Counted from the whole stretch's first letter, positions 49,489 through 62,716 are shown. The stretch: 63,831 bases of DNA, filler included, from Licmophora abbreviata (GCA_900291995.1; 11 parts of 11 records of this genome joined end to end with filler, not necessarily neighbours in it); one strand, 5' to 3'. Notes: a model not told the origin generated them from the letters alone. Translations and numbers: made by a program.

Positions 49489-51138
49489 TTAGGCATTAGA
49501 AAAATCCGCAAGAATCTTCTCTACGGCATCGACGAAAGTCTCCACTTGCTCCTCGAACGGATCATGGCCCTGATGCCCGTTCAGTTCAACTAAGGTCACA
49601 TTCCCGGCAAACGGCTCAAGGAACTTGTCCATGCCGCCTTTCGGGACGACTCGGTCCGCTGTTCCTCGAATGACGGCAACACGTGTATTCTTATCTAACA
49701 AGACTCGCTCCATTAATTGCTCGTCGCTTAGCTTGTCTGGTGGCGGCTGCAGCTGTGTCCCTGCAAAAGCGAGCAACCCGCGTTCCCAGCCCCTCCCAAT
49801 CGAGGGCCACTGGAATCGTAAGGCGTCACTATCTGATACTTTCTCAGGATCTCCCCACGCGAGCTTCAGGCTGTTCTTCCAAAAGTTCTCTCGGCTGCGA
49901 TGAATTTTGCGGCAAGCAAACAAGCATGAGCAAACAAACAAACAAACAAACACACTACACCGCTCTGATTCCTTGTTTTTATGCGTACCCGACTACCCTC
50001 CGCAAAACATAACTCCACACTGGATCCAACACCCATCTTCCTACAAAGCCCCGAACAGGACGTGTCCAGTCAGCGAGACGCTGCACGGACACGGGACGGC
50101 TTGTTGTCGAGTGAGTACGAAAACCAAGAGCAGGGGCGACCAAAATGACGCGCTTGACGGTTTCTGTCGGAAGAGCAAGAGCCATTCTCAGTGTAGCAAT
50201 GGCGCCCATGGAATGTCCCACGAGCATGACAGCGTTCGATGTATCCTCTGAAAATGTTTCGACCGAGGACAACAGCGTCGATCCGATCTCAGCAGACGAT
50301 TGTATGCTGTACACAGTACGATTTTGTCTCGCACGATCCGTGAATCCAAAACCTGGAGCATCATGACCAAGCCCCACACGAGCCCCGACGCGATCGACAA
50401 GCGTGGGTAGTGCTGGGAGCCACGACAGCGACGACGCACCGAACCCATGGTTGACGTACACAGCTCGAAACGAGTGCGGTCCATCTTGCTTTGCTGGTTT
50501 GTACTTCAGATAATGAACCCCCAGAGATTTTCCGCTCGGCAAGATTACCGGTTCGTAGTTCGAAAGCGTTGATGGAGGACAAAAGTCTCGAAGCAAAGTG
50601 GCGGTGGAAATTCGAGATGGCCGCAAGAAAGCGTCCTGCAGAACGATACCGGATAAGAGCCCAACAGAAATGGTCTGACCAAATCCAAAAGATTGACCGA
50701 CGGCATGAGCGCCAAACATGTTACAAATGCATTGAACACCCTATTTATTAAACGACGCGCACATACACATACCTTGACAAGAAAGGACAACAACTTCCTC
50801 GGATTCAAAGTTTCGCGTCCGCGGACTGCCGCCAGAGGAGTCATCCACGTGAGATTGTGCCAAGTCGTTAAGGCCGACAGAAAGACGGAGAGCAATCCAA
50901 CCAACAACTTGACTACTATCGGAAGCGGGCGATACGTGGGGAAGATTCCTTCTGGTATGTTGTAGAGATTTGGTTCGTCTTCTCTCGGTACCCCTGCAAT
51001 TACAACTCTCCCTGAAGCGGCTCTGTCCACCGATTCAGAAGAAGACATGAACATTGCACTGTCTTTCCGGAAGCTACTGCTAGGTTCCGTCCGAGTCATC
51101 ATCGCTGACTTCCTCCTCGTCACTGGTTGCTGTCGCAT
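49489..51138 (-). CDS. Alpha/beta-hydrolase fold membrane-associated enzyme; introns 50675-50772 and 49895-49988
   Basis: NHGFGASSLSW, HDAPGFGFT, nucleophile elbow VGHSMG, IRGTADRVVP (Asp), GHDPFEE (His); start uncertain. Confidence 0.85.
49915..49951. repeat. (AAAC)n microsatellite inside the hydrolase intron
   Basis: caaacaaacaaacaaacaaac read directly. Confidence 0.8.
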
Positions 51139-51765
51139 GATTCTGGCGTTGTCGCGTATTGGCTTGTAGAATCGCAGCGTTGATAGCGCCCGCTGAGAAG
51201 AAGCCTGCAAAGTCCGCGTGGGCGGCGTCCCGATCTTGTTTGGACGAGTTGGGCCCAAAAGAACAAAACTCACACATACACAACGACTCAAGCGCAGACA
51301 ATGTTAAGCAGCGACTAACGTAATAGAACGAAATCGACAACGTTGCTTGCGCAGGAATGCATTCAATACAGCATCGATGGAAGTACAGGACGTGGAGTGT
51401 GTGCATGTGAGAGTGTGTGGCGTTCTTTCGTCGCGCGGCATCAGCATACTCGTACTCAGGTGCTGTTCCTGTCCATCGCCCGTTCAGTTGTACCCGATGT
51501 GTGTTGGTATTAATTAGAGCATCACATCATTATCGTCCGCGGCGTGTGTTCAGTGCTTTTAGCCCTTTCCTAGATTTTGCCCATTTTCCCATCGTTCTAT
51601 CACACACGCCTAGAGCAGACTCCAATTTCATAACCCAGTTTCAACTTTAGGTTGTTTATTCACAAGAATGCGTCTGTGCGTTGCTTCATATCTCTCTACT
51701 AGCTTTACTAATCACGACATCCATCAAACGCGCATCGCCCGCAAGTCCTCGAGCTCAAGAATTCA

Positions 51766-52722
<957 letters not shown>

Positions 52723-53149
52723 GGTGATGGGAAGGGCCGAGTCGAGTCGTCGCTCCTGAAATTTTGTTCTTGTGTGTGAAGACGTGATCGGAAAAGAATA
52801 CGCGTGAACCTGAAACTCCGGGTTATCATTGATTTCGCGGAAGAATCAAAACTGATGATGATGTCACGAGTCGTGCTTCGACCTAAAAATTCCGTCGCCA
52901 GTTAGCCATGGAGGCTACAGCACTACTGGAGTACTCCGTAGTATGCATTGAACATGGATGTGTGATGGCGACGGTCCATCGGTTGAGACGAGACCCAGAA
53001 ACGTCAAATCTACGAAGCAGAATCATGTGAAACGATCCTAACAGTTGCAGTTTCAGTCGGAGGCGCCAGCTTTTGCGCCTCCTAGGAGGTAGCTAGACCC
53101 AACCCTCTAAATTGATTGACCACGCAAAGGCAGGTTTACCCCTGGAAAA

Positions 53150-56123
53150 CTACGTTCGAGATAGAGTGAATAGCAGTATCTGCATCGCCGCATTCAAAGA
53201 CAGAAAGATGGCTGAAAACACAAAGCGGGGGGCAAAGATAGCCCACACCATCAAATGCCGCCTCATGAGACTAACTGAAATACACGATGCGAACGTCTCA
53301 AGCCACTGGTAGAAGCAGTACCAACGCCAGAGTGACGGGCGATGTGCCAGGGTTGCAACTTTGGGAAGGAGTATCAACCCTATCAACTCGATCCCGAAGG
53401 TGTTTGCAAAGAGCGAAATGCCACCAGTAACGTACTCGAAGTCTTGGGACGCAACAAAGGCTGCCGAGTACTGCAATCGATTGAAAGAGCACGCGTGATT
53501 TGTAGAAAAAAAGAAGTGTCGAATCAAGAGTCGCCAGATAGCTGCCAGCACAGGCGACGAAACCTACACACAAGGACCAGGAAGTTGCTCGAGTGAGAAA
53601 ACAAGCCGTCGGCGTCTTCTTCTCAAATGTGCAGATTACGACAACGCAACTCACCCCCTTTCGCCCCGCTAGCTTCGACACATCGTATAGTAGAGACGAT
53701 TGTAAGACGAACAGAAGTACCGAAGAAGCCATGGATGGGCCGGTGACAGCCATCATAAAGATAAAGAGCTTGGATGTAATCGTGACGGATATGTCGACGA
53801 GTGAACTATCACTTCTTGCTCGTCGCTTCTCCAAGAATCCATGGCCCGCTGCCAGGATGATTCCGACTCCCACAGTCATCAACGCAAAATAGCACGACAA
53901 GTACCCGTTGCGCGTCGTGTCACTTGATCTCTTTTCCCACCACGAGATAGCGAGAAAAAGTATTGCTGTGATGTCAAGGGACAGATGAAGCCGTGAAGGA
54001 GAACGCTGAAATGCTTGATACCGCAGAAACAGAAGGATCGCTAGCGCCGACAGGAATATCGCTGAGGTGTGCGCAAGATGCAGACGTATAGATGGATCAA
54101 GACCGTGACCAGATATACCAAGCTCAGAAATGCGCGACAGCATGGCAATAATCAACGGGCACCACCCCGACAAGTTCTTTCTTTTGCTCCGACGGAAGAT
54201 GGACATGCATAGAATGGAGAGAGCGAACATGGTGATTCCTTGCTCGGCATCAATGTAGCTGTTGCTGAACGTAAGCAGAACACAATGGAATGTCACAAGC
54301 ACAGCCATGAGACTCGTCTCCACGAAATGGTCGCGCGACAGCGGTACTGGCTCAGGGGTACGGTGCGCACCGCGTCCACACGGGCGCAGCCATCACCAAC
54401 GCAANNNNNNNNNNNNNNNNNNNNNNNNNNNNNNNNNNNNNNNNNNNNTTAATTAATTAANNNNNNNNNNNNNNNNNNNNNNNNNNNNNNNNNNNNNNNN
54501 NNNNCATGATCATGCCCACGGTGTCGAAACGTGTCCAAACGCGATGCCCTAGCTCCGACGCTTCTGAAAGAAAGAGTTTGAACTTGCCACTAGCTATCCG
54601 GTAGTCCATCGCATCGTCTCCATCTGGATGTGCCAACGCCGACCGATAGTGAGACACGGCATCGTCCAAGAGTGCGTGTAGATCCGGTAGTGATGGAAGC
54701 TTGTTGGCCGTACTAGAATACACGGTAAAGTATCTCCACACTTGTGCTGCATTTAGCGCGAGAGCTGCGGCGGTGTAAGGAGTCGCTACACTCTTGGCGT
54801 CACGTGGAGGGGGGAGTAAGGATGGGACCAGACCACCGATATTGGCGTAGGGGATCGGGATCCCAATCAGCATGGCTATAGTAGGCACCAAATCGATTTG
54901 ATGAATCGACAAGAATGCGCGCTCTGAATCGAGCCCAGCCTCGACACCAGTAAGGTCCTGTCACGAGAGATGAGCATGGAACACAGCAAAAGACGGGTGA
55001 GATTTCGCTGTGTCACATCTGCTTGCTCATCAGAATCGCAAATTATCGTTTTTGTACCATAACGGCATGTCGATCTCCACACCCCGGTGAAAAATGAACG
55101 AACAATGCAGCATTGACTTCGTCTTGTGTCCCACCCCCGTGATTGCCGTCTTCAGTCATGCCGTGATCTCCAAAGATCATCGCGGCATGGCAATCGTTCG
55201 ACTCGTCCAGTATCTCCAATACAGCACTGAGCGCCGCATCCATTTGACGAAGTTTCTCGTCCATATGTTGATTATGTGGACCGTACGTATGTCCAACGTG
55301 ATCGACTCCCAGAAAATGCGCCACAATCACCTCAAAGCCATCCTTCTCATCTCCACGACGCAAGCGTTGGAGCAGTCTCGGCAAGTGCTCCAGACAGCCA
55401 TTGTCGACGGTGTCCAAATCTCGTGTATTGAACGACGGGTACGGGTGTGAATCGTCAAATTGCGTCGGAAAGAGATCAATCCAAGTATCGTCTCCGACAA
55501 AGGCGAGTTTGGACGTATTGAACCCTCGCCGTATCGGGTCGACATTACGTAACTGTTGAATCCACGAATCTTCATCCACCGTCGCACCTCCGAACGAAGC
55601 AGATATGTCTGCAAATGTCNNNNNNNNNNNNNNNNNNNNNNNNNNNNNNNNNNNNNNNNNNNNTTAATTAATTAANNNNNNNNNNNNNNNNNNNNNNNNN
55701 NNNNNNNNNNNNNNNNNNNAGTCCACCTGTCGTGAGGCCCTTCAATCGCTGCATGGTGACAGTCGGTGGGTCCGCTACAAAGCGCAGCAGCTGCGACGAA
55801 GACTGCTGGCCGAGTCGAGCACCGACCGATACCGGTAAATGGTATCGCGCAAAGTCAAACCGAAGAGCATCGACGACCAGTATGACCAAGGAATCGATTC
55901 GTCGATCCATCCAACAGCCCTTTCCATTAGAAAGGACCGCTTTTACTTGCGCAGCGTCGCCCTCGCTCAAGCCAAGTGTATCACGCAGAAGATGATGCGC
56001 CTCGTCGCAGACAGAGGTATAGGGCAAGCTCCGTTTTGCCAAAAAGAACGAAGATGAAAACCAATACAAACCCGCTAAGGCCAGAAGTGGGGCTATCAGA
56101 CCCGATGCTACGGAGGATCGCAT
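53150..56123 (-). CDS. PIGO: GPI ethanolamine-phosphate transferase 3 (PIG-O/Gpi13); spans two gaps and at least 2 introns; frame break near 54354
   Basis: FFLAKRSL, LVVDALRFDF, FVADPPTVTMQRLKGLTTGG|PTFADI, FVGDDTW, PSFNTRDLDTVD, HFLGVDHVGH, GDHGMTEDGNHGG, QIDLVPT, SNSYI, RRHLMVWAIFAPRFVF. Confidence 0.93.
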
Positions 56124-56418
56124 GCCGAGGAGAGCAACTCGCCGCCTGCCTGTTGCAAACTCAGCTCTTCCTTCATCACGCCATCGTCGTCGTGAAGAGA
56201 TGAGAGATGATTTTTTTCGAGACCCGCGCCAATCACGCTGCGATGCGCGCGGTGGTCGTCGGATCCCATAACACTCACCACATTGACCATGCTGCTCGCG
56301 ATACGCCGCTGACGAGGATACTTTGACAATCAATGCGCACACGTCAAAGTTAATCGTTGATCCCTTTCCATTCACGCTAAAACTTACTGCTGCTTATCTC
56401 AAAATAGACGGCGTGGAA

Positions 56419-57490
56419 ATGAATTCTTACCTGAAGCTACGATCTCAAAAGATTGCCCGCAATGAAGCTCGCCTTGCGGAGCTCGGACTATTGGTGAAGA
56501 GAAAGCCTGAATCTACTTCAGCCAGTGCCTCAGTATCAGACAGCAAAGCAAATTCTGCCCAATCCAGATCCAGGTCTCCGAAGAGGAATATCGTGACGCC
56601 GACGATCCCATTGCGCCGCTCGACTCGAATCACCGGTCGGCCCGAGACGTACACGGAGCCCATCCTTGTCGAGCTCCGAAGCAATAATAAGCGACAGCGG
56701 CAACATATGCCGCACATTGTGGCGACAAGTATCGATAGTGACGATGCGTGCGACGAGATCGTCCCTCCCGTTGCGGTGTCGTATCCCCCGTCGTCGGTGC
56801 GAACGATGGACATTCATGTTGAGCACCTGGTGCTGGGCAACAATAAGAACGGGTCGCAACCTGACCTCTGTGGGGTGCTGGCCACGCTCATGGAGCAAAC
56901 TGGCAAGGCATTCGTTATGGAAGAAACATTTCGTCGTTGCTGTGGACCATCAAATGGCAAGCCTAGCCACGTACCCAAGTTATCCTTCAACAAATACAGT
57001 GGTGTTCAGGAGTGGAAAAATGATGCCATGTTCTTGTGGGTCAACCTTGGTGGACCGGGAGCCGTCGTAAATGACTTTTTGCAAGAGGGAAGACAGGTAT
57101 GTCGGCAACAAAGCATGCGGGAGTGGCCTATTTTAACGTCTCTCGCCTTCTTAACACTGTAACCTGTTCTTTGCATTGCAGATCACTTGGTTTGGAGGAT
57201 CGCGCATGCACGATGAGAGCAATGTGATTCGACGACTGCTTCGCGTGAGCAAACGAGCGGCGCGGGGTGAGCTTCCTGCCGATTGCGGCATTGTCTTGTG
57301 GGTTCGCATGCACTGCAACGAAAAGCGGGGCTTTGGTCCATACATGTGCTTGGGGCGATTGGCGTACCACAGCCATGAACCGGGCAGTCGGCCGCTCAAG
57401 TTTCTTTTCAATCTTGTCGATTACGACCAATTGAGGGAGAGTCACAACAGTAAGATGGGTGATCTCGTTCGCATCATGCAGTCGTCATGA
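56419..57490 (+). CDS. Uncharacterised protein with N-terminal KIARNxxxLxxLGL motif and C-terminal SRA/PUA-like (DUF3427-like) domain; intron 57097-57181
   Basis: Splicing joins EGRQ|ITWFGGSRM in frame; FNKYSGVQEW..LWVNL..NDF..ITWFG..LWVR..YMCLGRL pattern; fold assignment is inference. Confidence 0.68.
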
Positions 57491-57598
57491 GAAAGATAAA
57501 CATCCACTAAAAAATTATCCATAGAAGTATGCACATCGCCTTAGGGTCGGTATTAATTCAACAAAAGGATGCATTTGAATGGTTTTGTACAACAATAA

Positions 57599-58882
57599 TC
57601 AGCTGCCGCCCCGCTTTCGCCTCGACAGAAAATTACGCATTCTTCTCCCTGTTGTCTCCAGCACTTCCTCCGCTCCAGACGTGTTTAGATTCTGCACGGT
57701 CTGTCGTCGTTTATTCTTGTCTTTGATCATGTTTCGAACCGCATGGGCTAACTCGCGTTCCGTGTAACCTAAATCCAACAGCAAGTCTTCTCGTTCATCA
57801 CGAGACAGAACGAGATCGTCTCGACGTTCCACCGATCGAAGTCGTTCATAATCGTCCACGAAAAACTCCTGCTCCATTTCGTAACGCCACCCGATCCCGA
57901 TACTCGGTCCGCTTGTACAGGATGGATTGACTTCGAGAATGCGTTCGTACGAGCGAACAAAGACAGACTGAAATGAGACTGCTCGTTTCTTTCCCGATCC
58001 AGAAGCATCCTTATGTTGCTTTTCAGCTGTCACGAACTTGTTCGAACGCGCTTTTCGATCCTCTGGATGCTCCAAGATTGCATCAGCCGTATCCAGTGTG
58101 TGGCGGCGGGAACCTCTCCCCGGATTGCCGTTGATCGCGCCCTTATTCTTCTTCTCAGAAGATTTCTGATCCGTATGTCCTACATGATTAGCGGAGAACA
58201 CGCCAGTCAATCCAGTAAGGTCAGAATCATCAGATATTGTCGACGGTACAGAGCCGACATCTTCCTCGTCTTCTAAAACTTCCGATGCGTCCACAGTTGT
58301 AGGCACCGTCTCCGCGTTCGAGTGCGCTGCTCTACTGTCCCGTTTTTTCATCCTGTCTCGATTTCCAGCCTTCGCTGTGTCTCCAGATGCACCTTCGCTT
58401 GACTGATTCCGAGAAATTCGTTCATCAGACGGTGTCGATTTGTTACAGGATATGCAAGCTCCGGAAAGGCTGCCCGATCCCGATTCCACGGTAGGTTCAT
58501 CGTTTCTAGACAGGAAGGCCTTATCGTTATCTTCGTCAGCAGCAAGTTGTGCCTTGATATCTTGAAGTTGCTTTAGCGCTGACGACCCTATCGTGTTCTC
58601 CTGAAGATCTTTTTCCACCTGGTCCAAAAAGGCATCCAATAGCTCACGGCTTCGATGAGTACGCGGTATGGGTGCGTCCAGTGAGTCAGCGTCTATATTT
58701 TTTTTCTTTGAGCGCCTCTCCCTTCTTGAGGCAGACCCTTCGCTCACACTATCCCCTGAACGCGAAAATAGGCCTCGCGAACTCGCTGCAATGGAAACAT
58801 GTGGTGCAGCCGTGTCACCCGCAGAATTCGAGGCCGAATGTTGCCCGCTACCATTTCGTCGAAAGAGCTTCCGTGCACTCAT
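57599..58882 (-). CDS. Low-complexity protein with conserved C-terminal motif VSF..V.VR.Y...L..NPS.TSGP.IGIGW.Y
   Basis: 427-codon ORF; C-terminal DDYERLR..LSRDEREDLLLDLGY; family recalled as common in diatoms; RAVSF resembles a PP1-docking RVxF. Confidence 0.7.
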   Translation of the reverse strand: MSARKLFRRNGSGQHSASNSAGDTAAPHVSIAASSRGLFSRSGDSVSEGSASRRERRSKKKNIDADSLDAPIPRTHRSRELLDAFLDQVEKDLQENTIGSSALKQLQDIKAQLAADEDNDKAFLSRNDEPTVESGSGSLSGACISCNKSTPSDERISRNQSSEGASGDTAKAGNRDRMKKRDSRAAHSNAETVPTTVDASEVLEDEEDVGSVPSTISDDSDLTGLTGVFSANHVGHTDQKSSEKKNKGAINGNPGRGSRRHTLDTADAILEHPEDRKARSNKFVTAEKQHKDASGSGKKRAVSFQSVFVRSYERILEVNPSCTSGPSIGIGWRYEMEQEFFVDDYERLRSVERRDDLVLSRDEREDLLLDLGYTERELAHAVRNMIKDKNKRRQTVQNLNTSGAEEVLETTGRRMRNFLSRRKRGGS

Positions 58883-59338
58883 CCTCGAGGCATCAACACT
58901 GAATTCGATCTAGGATCCAAAGCTTCTCATTTTCTGCACCGAGCTGAGGGTGAACTCTCGCACGTTTGTCGACGATATGTACGGAGTCACTCCTGCCCTT
59001 CCATGGCACACGCGTCGTAAGTTTCGTATCAGAGCAAATATCGCACAAACTTCCGCGCTTCGTCTCGGAAGCAGGATGGCAGAATGTGACAATGTCGTAT
59101 AGGACAAAACATGATATAATTTGATGTCTCTCACGAAGAAGGTAATAGATAAAAAGTCATTAGCGTGTTTACCGTACTGTGTTTGTGTACCGGTATGCGG
59201 GAGCGCTATCAGACTGGTCTTGCGTAGCCCTCTCACTGAGAGTTAAAGAGCTTCACTTGAATGAGCCCCTACCCATTCGAACAACAAGCAAAGTCGACTT
59301 ATGCCTAACGGGTTACGCACACTATTATGTACTCTTTG

Positions 59339-60529
59339 TCAGTTCATTCGTTCAATCACAATCGCAGAAGCACCGCCCCCACCGTTGCAGATCGATGCCA
59401 TCCCAACAGTCGCATCCTTTTGCTTCAACACGTTGTAAAGCGTACCAACAATTCGCGCCCCACTCATGCCGATTGGGTGTCCAAGAGCCACAGCTCCCCC
59501 GAATACGTTGACACGGTCTGCGTTCAGGCCGAGTAGCTTCATGTTTGCCAACGCCACGACTGCAAACGCTTCGTTGATTTCGTGATAGTCTACATCAGAC
59601 ATTTGCAGACCTGCATGATCAAGTGCGACAGGAACAGCCATCGACGGAGAGGTTGTAAAGTTGACAGGATTCTGTGCGGCATCGCCATAGCCGCGAATTC
59701 TAGCGAGAGGTTTGATGTCCATATTTATCGCACTCTGCTCTGTCATCAAGACGAGAGCAGCTGCTCCGTCATTGAGGGAGCTAGCATTTGCAGCAGTCAC
59801 AGTGCCATTTTTGCGAACGAAGGCAGGCTTGAGCGTCGCGAGTTTGTCAAGATTGACCGAGTGCGGCTCCTCGTCCTGGGCGACGACGACGGGATCACCC
59901 CGTCGTTGAGGCACCTCCACGGACACCACTTCCTCGAATACGCCTCCAGTGACAGCCTCTTGGGCGCGTCTATAGGACTCTTGAGCATAGGAATCTTGGT
60001 CTTCGCGAGAAAAACCATAGTCGGTTGCACATTTCTCCGCGCACATGCCCATGTGTTGATCATTGTACGGATCCCAGAGACCGTCATGAATTACGCCGTC
60101 CACGAGGGCAGCGTTTCCCAGGGTCGTCCCGGATCGCGAGTTTGGAAGATAGTGGGGAACATTAGACATACTTTCCATACCACCCGTCAGAACAGCAAAG
60201 GGTGCATCGTTTCCCGAGCACTGCAGCATCTGTGCTCCTAGCATGATGGATTTCATCCCGGACGCGCACACCTTGTTTATCGTCGTGCATATCGTACTTT
60301 CCGGTAATCCTGCGTTCAGGACGGCCTGTCGACATGGCGCCTGACCAATCCCCGCTGTCACCACGTTTCCCAAGAAGGCTTCCTTCACAGAGAGGTCCGA
60401 AGGTAGCTTGGATAGAGCACCTCGAATCGCGACGGCTCCCAGTTCAGGGGCCGACAGGCTCGACAAGGAGCCACAAAACTTCGCAATGGGCGTCCGAGCG
60501 ACGCTTGCAATCACGATACTGCTACTCAT
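59339..60529 (-). CDS. Acetyl-CoA C-acetyltransferase (biosynthetic thiolase, ERG10/AtoB-like)
   Basis: VARTPI, NKVCASGMKS, GGMESMS, GTVTAANASSLNDGAAA, HEINEAFA, GGAVALGHPIGMSGARI, SICNGGGGASA. Confidence 0.96.
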   Translation of the reverse strand: MSSSIVIASVARTPIAKFCGSLSSLSAPELGAVAIRGALSKLPSDLSVKEAFLGNVVTAGIGQAPCRQAVLNAGLPESTICTTINKVCASGMKSIMLGAQMLQCSGNDAPFAVLTGGMESMSNVPHYLPNSRSGTTLGNAALVDGVIHDGLWDPYNDQHMGMCAEKCATDYGFSREDQDSYAQESYRRAQEAVTGGVFEEVVSVEVPQRRGDPVVVAQDEEPHSVNLDKLATLKPAFVRKNGTVTAANASSLNDGAAALVLMTEQSAINMDIKPLARIRGYGDAAQNPVNFTTSPSMAVPVALDHAGLQMSDVDYHEINEAFAVVALANMKLLGLNADRVNVFGGAVALGHPIGMSGARIVGTLYNVLKQKDATVGMASICNGGGGASAIVIERMN

Positions 60530-60917
60530 GACTTCAATTTGGCAGAAAAATAAGCGTCCCACAGGATTCAGCTACAATGTTGTGTTATTGCGGTCGTCGC
60601 GATGACACGATACGGTGTGTTGTGCCATGTGTCAATCAGGCCCTTTTTCGGCCACAAGAGGAGAACGGTCTGTGCACCACCCGTAGCAATAGCTGGGGCC
60701 GCGCAAGGCCACGGATCGATCTACGCGCGTGTCAAGCAAGCAAGCAACCCATGCCGTGGCGGCTTCTGTACAATTCTACGTGACCTCAGTACAATCGAAC
60801 GCGGCCGTTCACGTTAGNNNNNNNNNNNNNNNNNNNNNNNNNNNNNNNNNNNNNNNNNNNNTTAATTAATTAANNNNNNNNNNNNNNNNNNNNNNNNNNN
60901 NNNNNNNNNNNNNNNNN

Positions 60918-61260
60918 TTTGTTGTGTATTGATGCCGTTTCTATTCTTTCTGTTGCCTACTGCTGTGCTTGGCACACGATTAGACATCAACCTTCGACGG
61001 GATATACGTGGATCTTCGAGGACGATGACGAAGAAGATCCGGTAGCTTTGTTGCAATTGAGCAAGCGCCGCAAGAGACGACGGGTGCTCGACAAGCGCAA
61101 AGCAGGGGAGCGAACCGAAGCTGAAGAAGAGGGCATTCGAGCCTCCGAAGCTATTGATCGTATTTTGGTGCGATTGAGCAAAAATTCTCTCGTGTCTTCG
61201 TCGACGGATGACCTAGCCAGGAGCGCTGCGTTGCCCGTCAAGTCCGAGAACGTTTTATAG
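60918..61260 (+). CDS. 3' fragment of an unknown gene (5' part in gap)
   Basis: Frame open from the gap to a stop at 61260, with acidic/basic protein-like composition; convergent with aureochrome. Confidence 0.45.
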
Positions 61261-61377
61261 CGACCTATCGTATGTAGTTCAATACACTAGTGGCGTGATC
61301 TATTTTGCAATTCATTACACCGAGTATCATATGACGCTACGCGAGAAAACATACAATCGGCAAATAGGCCCCTTTGC

Positions 61378-62616
61378 CTATTCTCCATTGTCAGAGCCTC
61401 CTTCGTCCTTGTTTTGCAGTGGCATGACGGAATTGACCTTGTCCTCGAGAGCGGATGACCCTGTTTCTGGTTCCACTTCACATTGAACACCAACCTGAGC
61501 CGTCAAGAAAGGAAAACGCTGTCGAGTGAGTATCCTTTCACGAGGCCTTTGCCTTCCCAAAACGTATAGGCACAGAGAACTTACATAGTTCACAATACAG
61601 TTGTCGGAATCCCGTAGCGCGGCGACAAAGAACTGATTCCAAAATGGGGTCCCATCTGCCTTGTAATTAAGAAGACAAGTTGTGGAGTCCGTTCCGTTTG
61701 CTATAGCTGTGCGAATCACATCCACTGCTTTAGGATCCGTACCCGGGCCCTGCAGGAATCTGCAGTTGCGACCGAGCACTTGATCTTGCGAGTACCCAGT
61801 CAGTGCATAAAATCCGGGGCTGGCGTAAACAATAGGGTTGTCGGGCAATCGAGGATCAGACAGGACAAAGTTTTGTTGACCTGACGTGAGACTCTCAATG
61901 AGACTAAAATCCGAATTGACGAGGGAGGTGCCCTTCTGCTTACTGGCTCCCTCTCCTGATGCCGCATCCGCTTGTCCATCGTCAAAAAGAGGATTCTTGT
62001 TGCAGCACTCTTCGAGAATCTGCTGTGCATGTAGCGGGATCTTCTTTTGGACAACCATTCGCAATTCCATGTTTTCTTTTTGCAGAGCACGCACTTGCTC
62101 CTGTAACGATTCCAACATGAACTTCTTTCGTACTCGACTTCGCTTTGCATGCTCACGGTTTCTTTGGCGACGTTCCGCGACCGCCTGTTCTGAAATCCCT
62201 CCACCCGCAGACGCGCCGCCGCCCCACATCATAAACTGACCCGTTGTGCCCTGAGTTGTCGGGGCCATCTGAGCTGTCTCTGGGGCGACACCTCCAATGC
62301 CGCCGAGTCGGATTCCCCGACCAATAGGAAGGGGCAGTCCACCAACGGGAGCCGCCGCCTGTATAGGAGCGGGTACAGGAGCTGGTTGACGCTGGAGTTG
62401 TCCACCTACCATGGACAAACCAAGTCGTCCTGTAATACCAGACCCAGCCGAGGACAGAGGGGCCGGAACGATGTCATGCCTGATCCTCTTAGCCGCTGGC
62501 TCCAGTTCCGCAGTCTGTGGTGCCAAGGGAGCAGGAGCAATGCCCGTATGAAAAGCTGTCCTGATTCCACTCGTTGGAAGACTAGCAACCGCATTGGACG
62601 CCGCCGTGGCATCGAC
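61378..62616 (-). CDS. Aureochrome (bZIP-LOV blue-light transcription factor; most like AUREO1b); intron 61495-61584; 5' end in gap
   Basis: bZIP ERRQRNREHAKRSRVRKKFMLESLQ; LOV QQNFVLSDPRLPDNPIVYASPGF..GRNCRFLQG..LLNYKADGTPFWNQF..NY|VGVQC. Confidence 0.95.
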   Translation of the reverse strand, partial: VDATAASNAVASLPTSGIRTAFHTGIAPAPLAPQTAELEPAAKRIRHDIVPAPLSSAGSGITGRLGLSMVGGQLQRQPAPVPAPIQAAAPVGGLPLPIGRGIRLGGIGGVAPETAQMAPTTQGTTGQFMMWGGGASAGGGISEQAVAERRQRNREHAKRSRVRKKFMLESLQEQVRALQKENMELRMVVQKKIPLHAQQILEECCNKNPLFDDGQADAASGEGASKQKGTSLVNSDFSLIESLTSGQQNFVLSDPRLPDNPIVYASPGFYALTGYSQDQVLGRNCRFLQGPGTDPKAVDVIRTAIANGTDSTTCLLNYKADGTPFWNQFFVAALRDSDNCIVNYVSSLCLYVLGRQRPRERILTRQRFPFLTAQVGVQCEVEPETGSSALEDKVNSVMPLQNKDEGGSDNGE

Positions 62617-62716
62617 NNNNNNNNNNNNNNNNNNNNNNNNNNNNNNNNNNNNNNNNNNNNTTAATTAATTAANNNNNNNNNNNNNNNNNNNNNNNNNNNN
62701 NNNNNNNNNNNNNNNN

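Noticed and set aside
53059..53082. SECIS element (hairpin with AAAA loop on the minus strand)
   Set aside because: No AUGA/GA quartet 5' of the stem, and the PIG-O TGA is not followed by in-frame coding sequence.
55620..55719. PIG-O split into separate genes
   Set aside because: The motif GLTTGGL-PTFADI continues across the gap with only about 3 nt missing.
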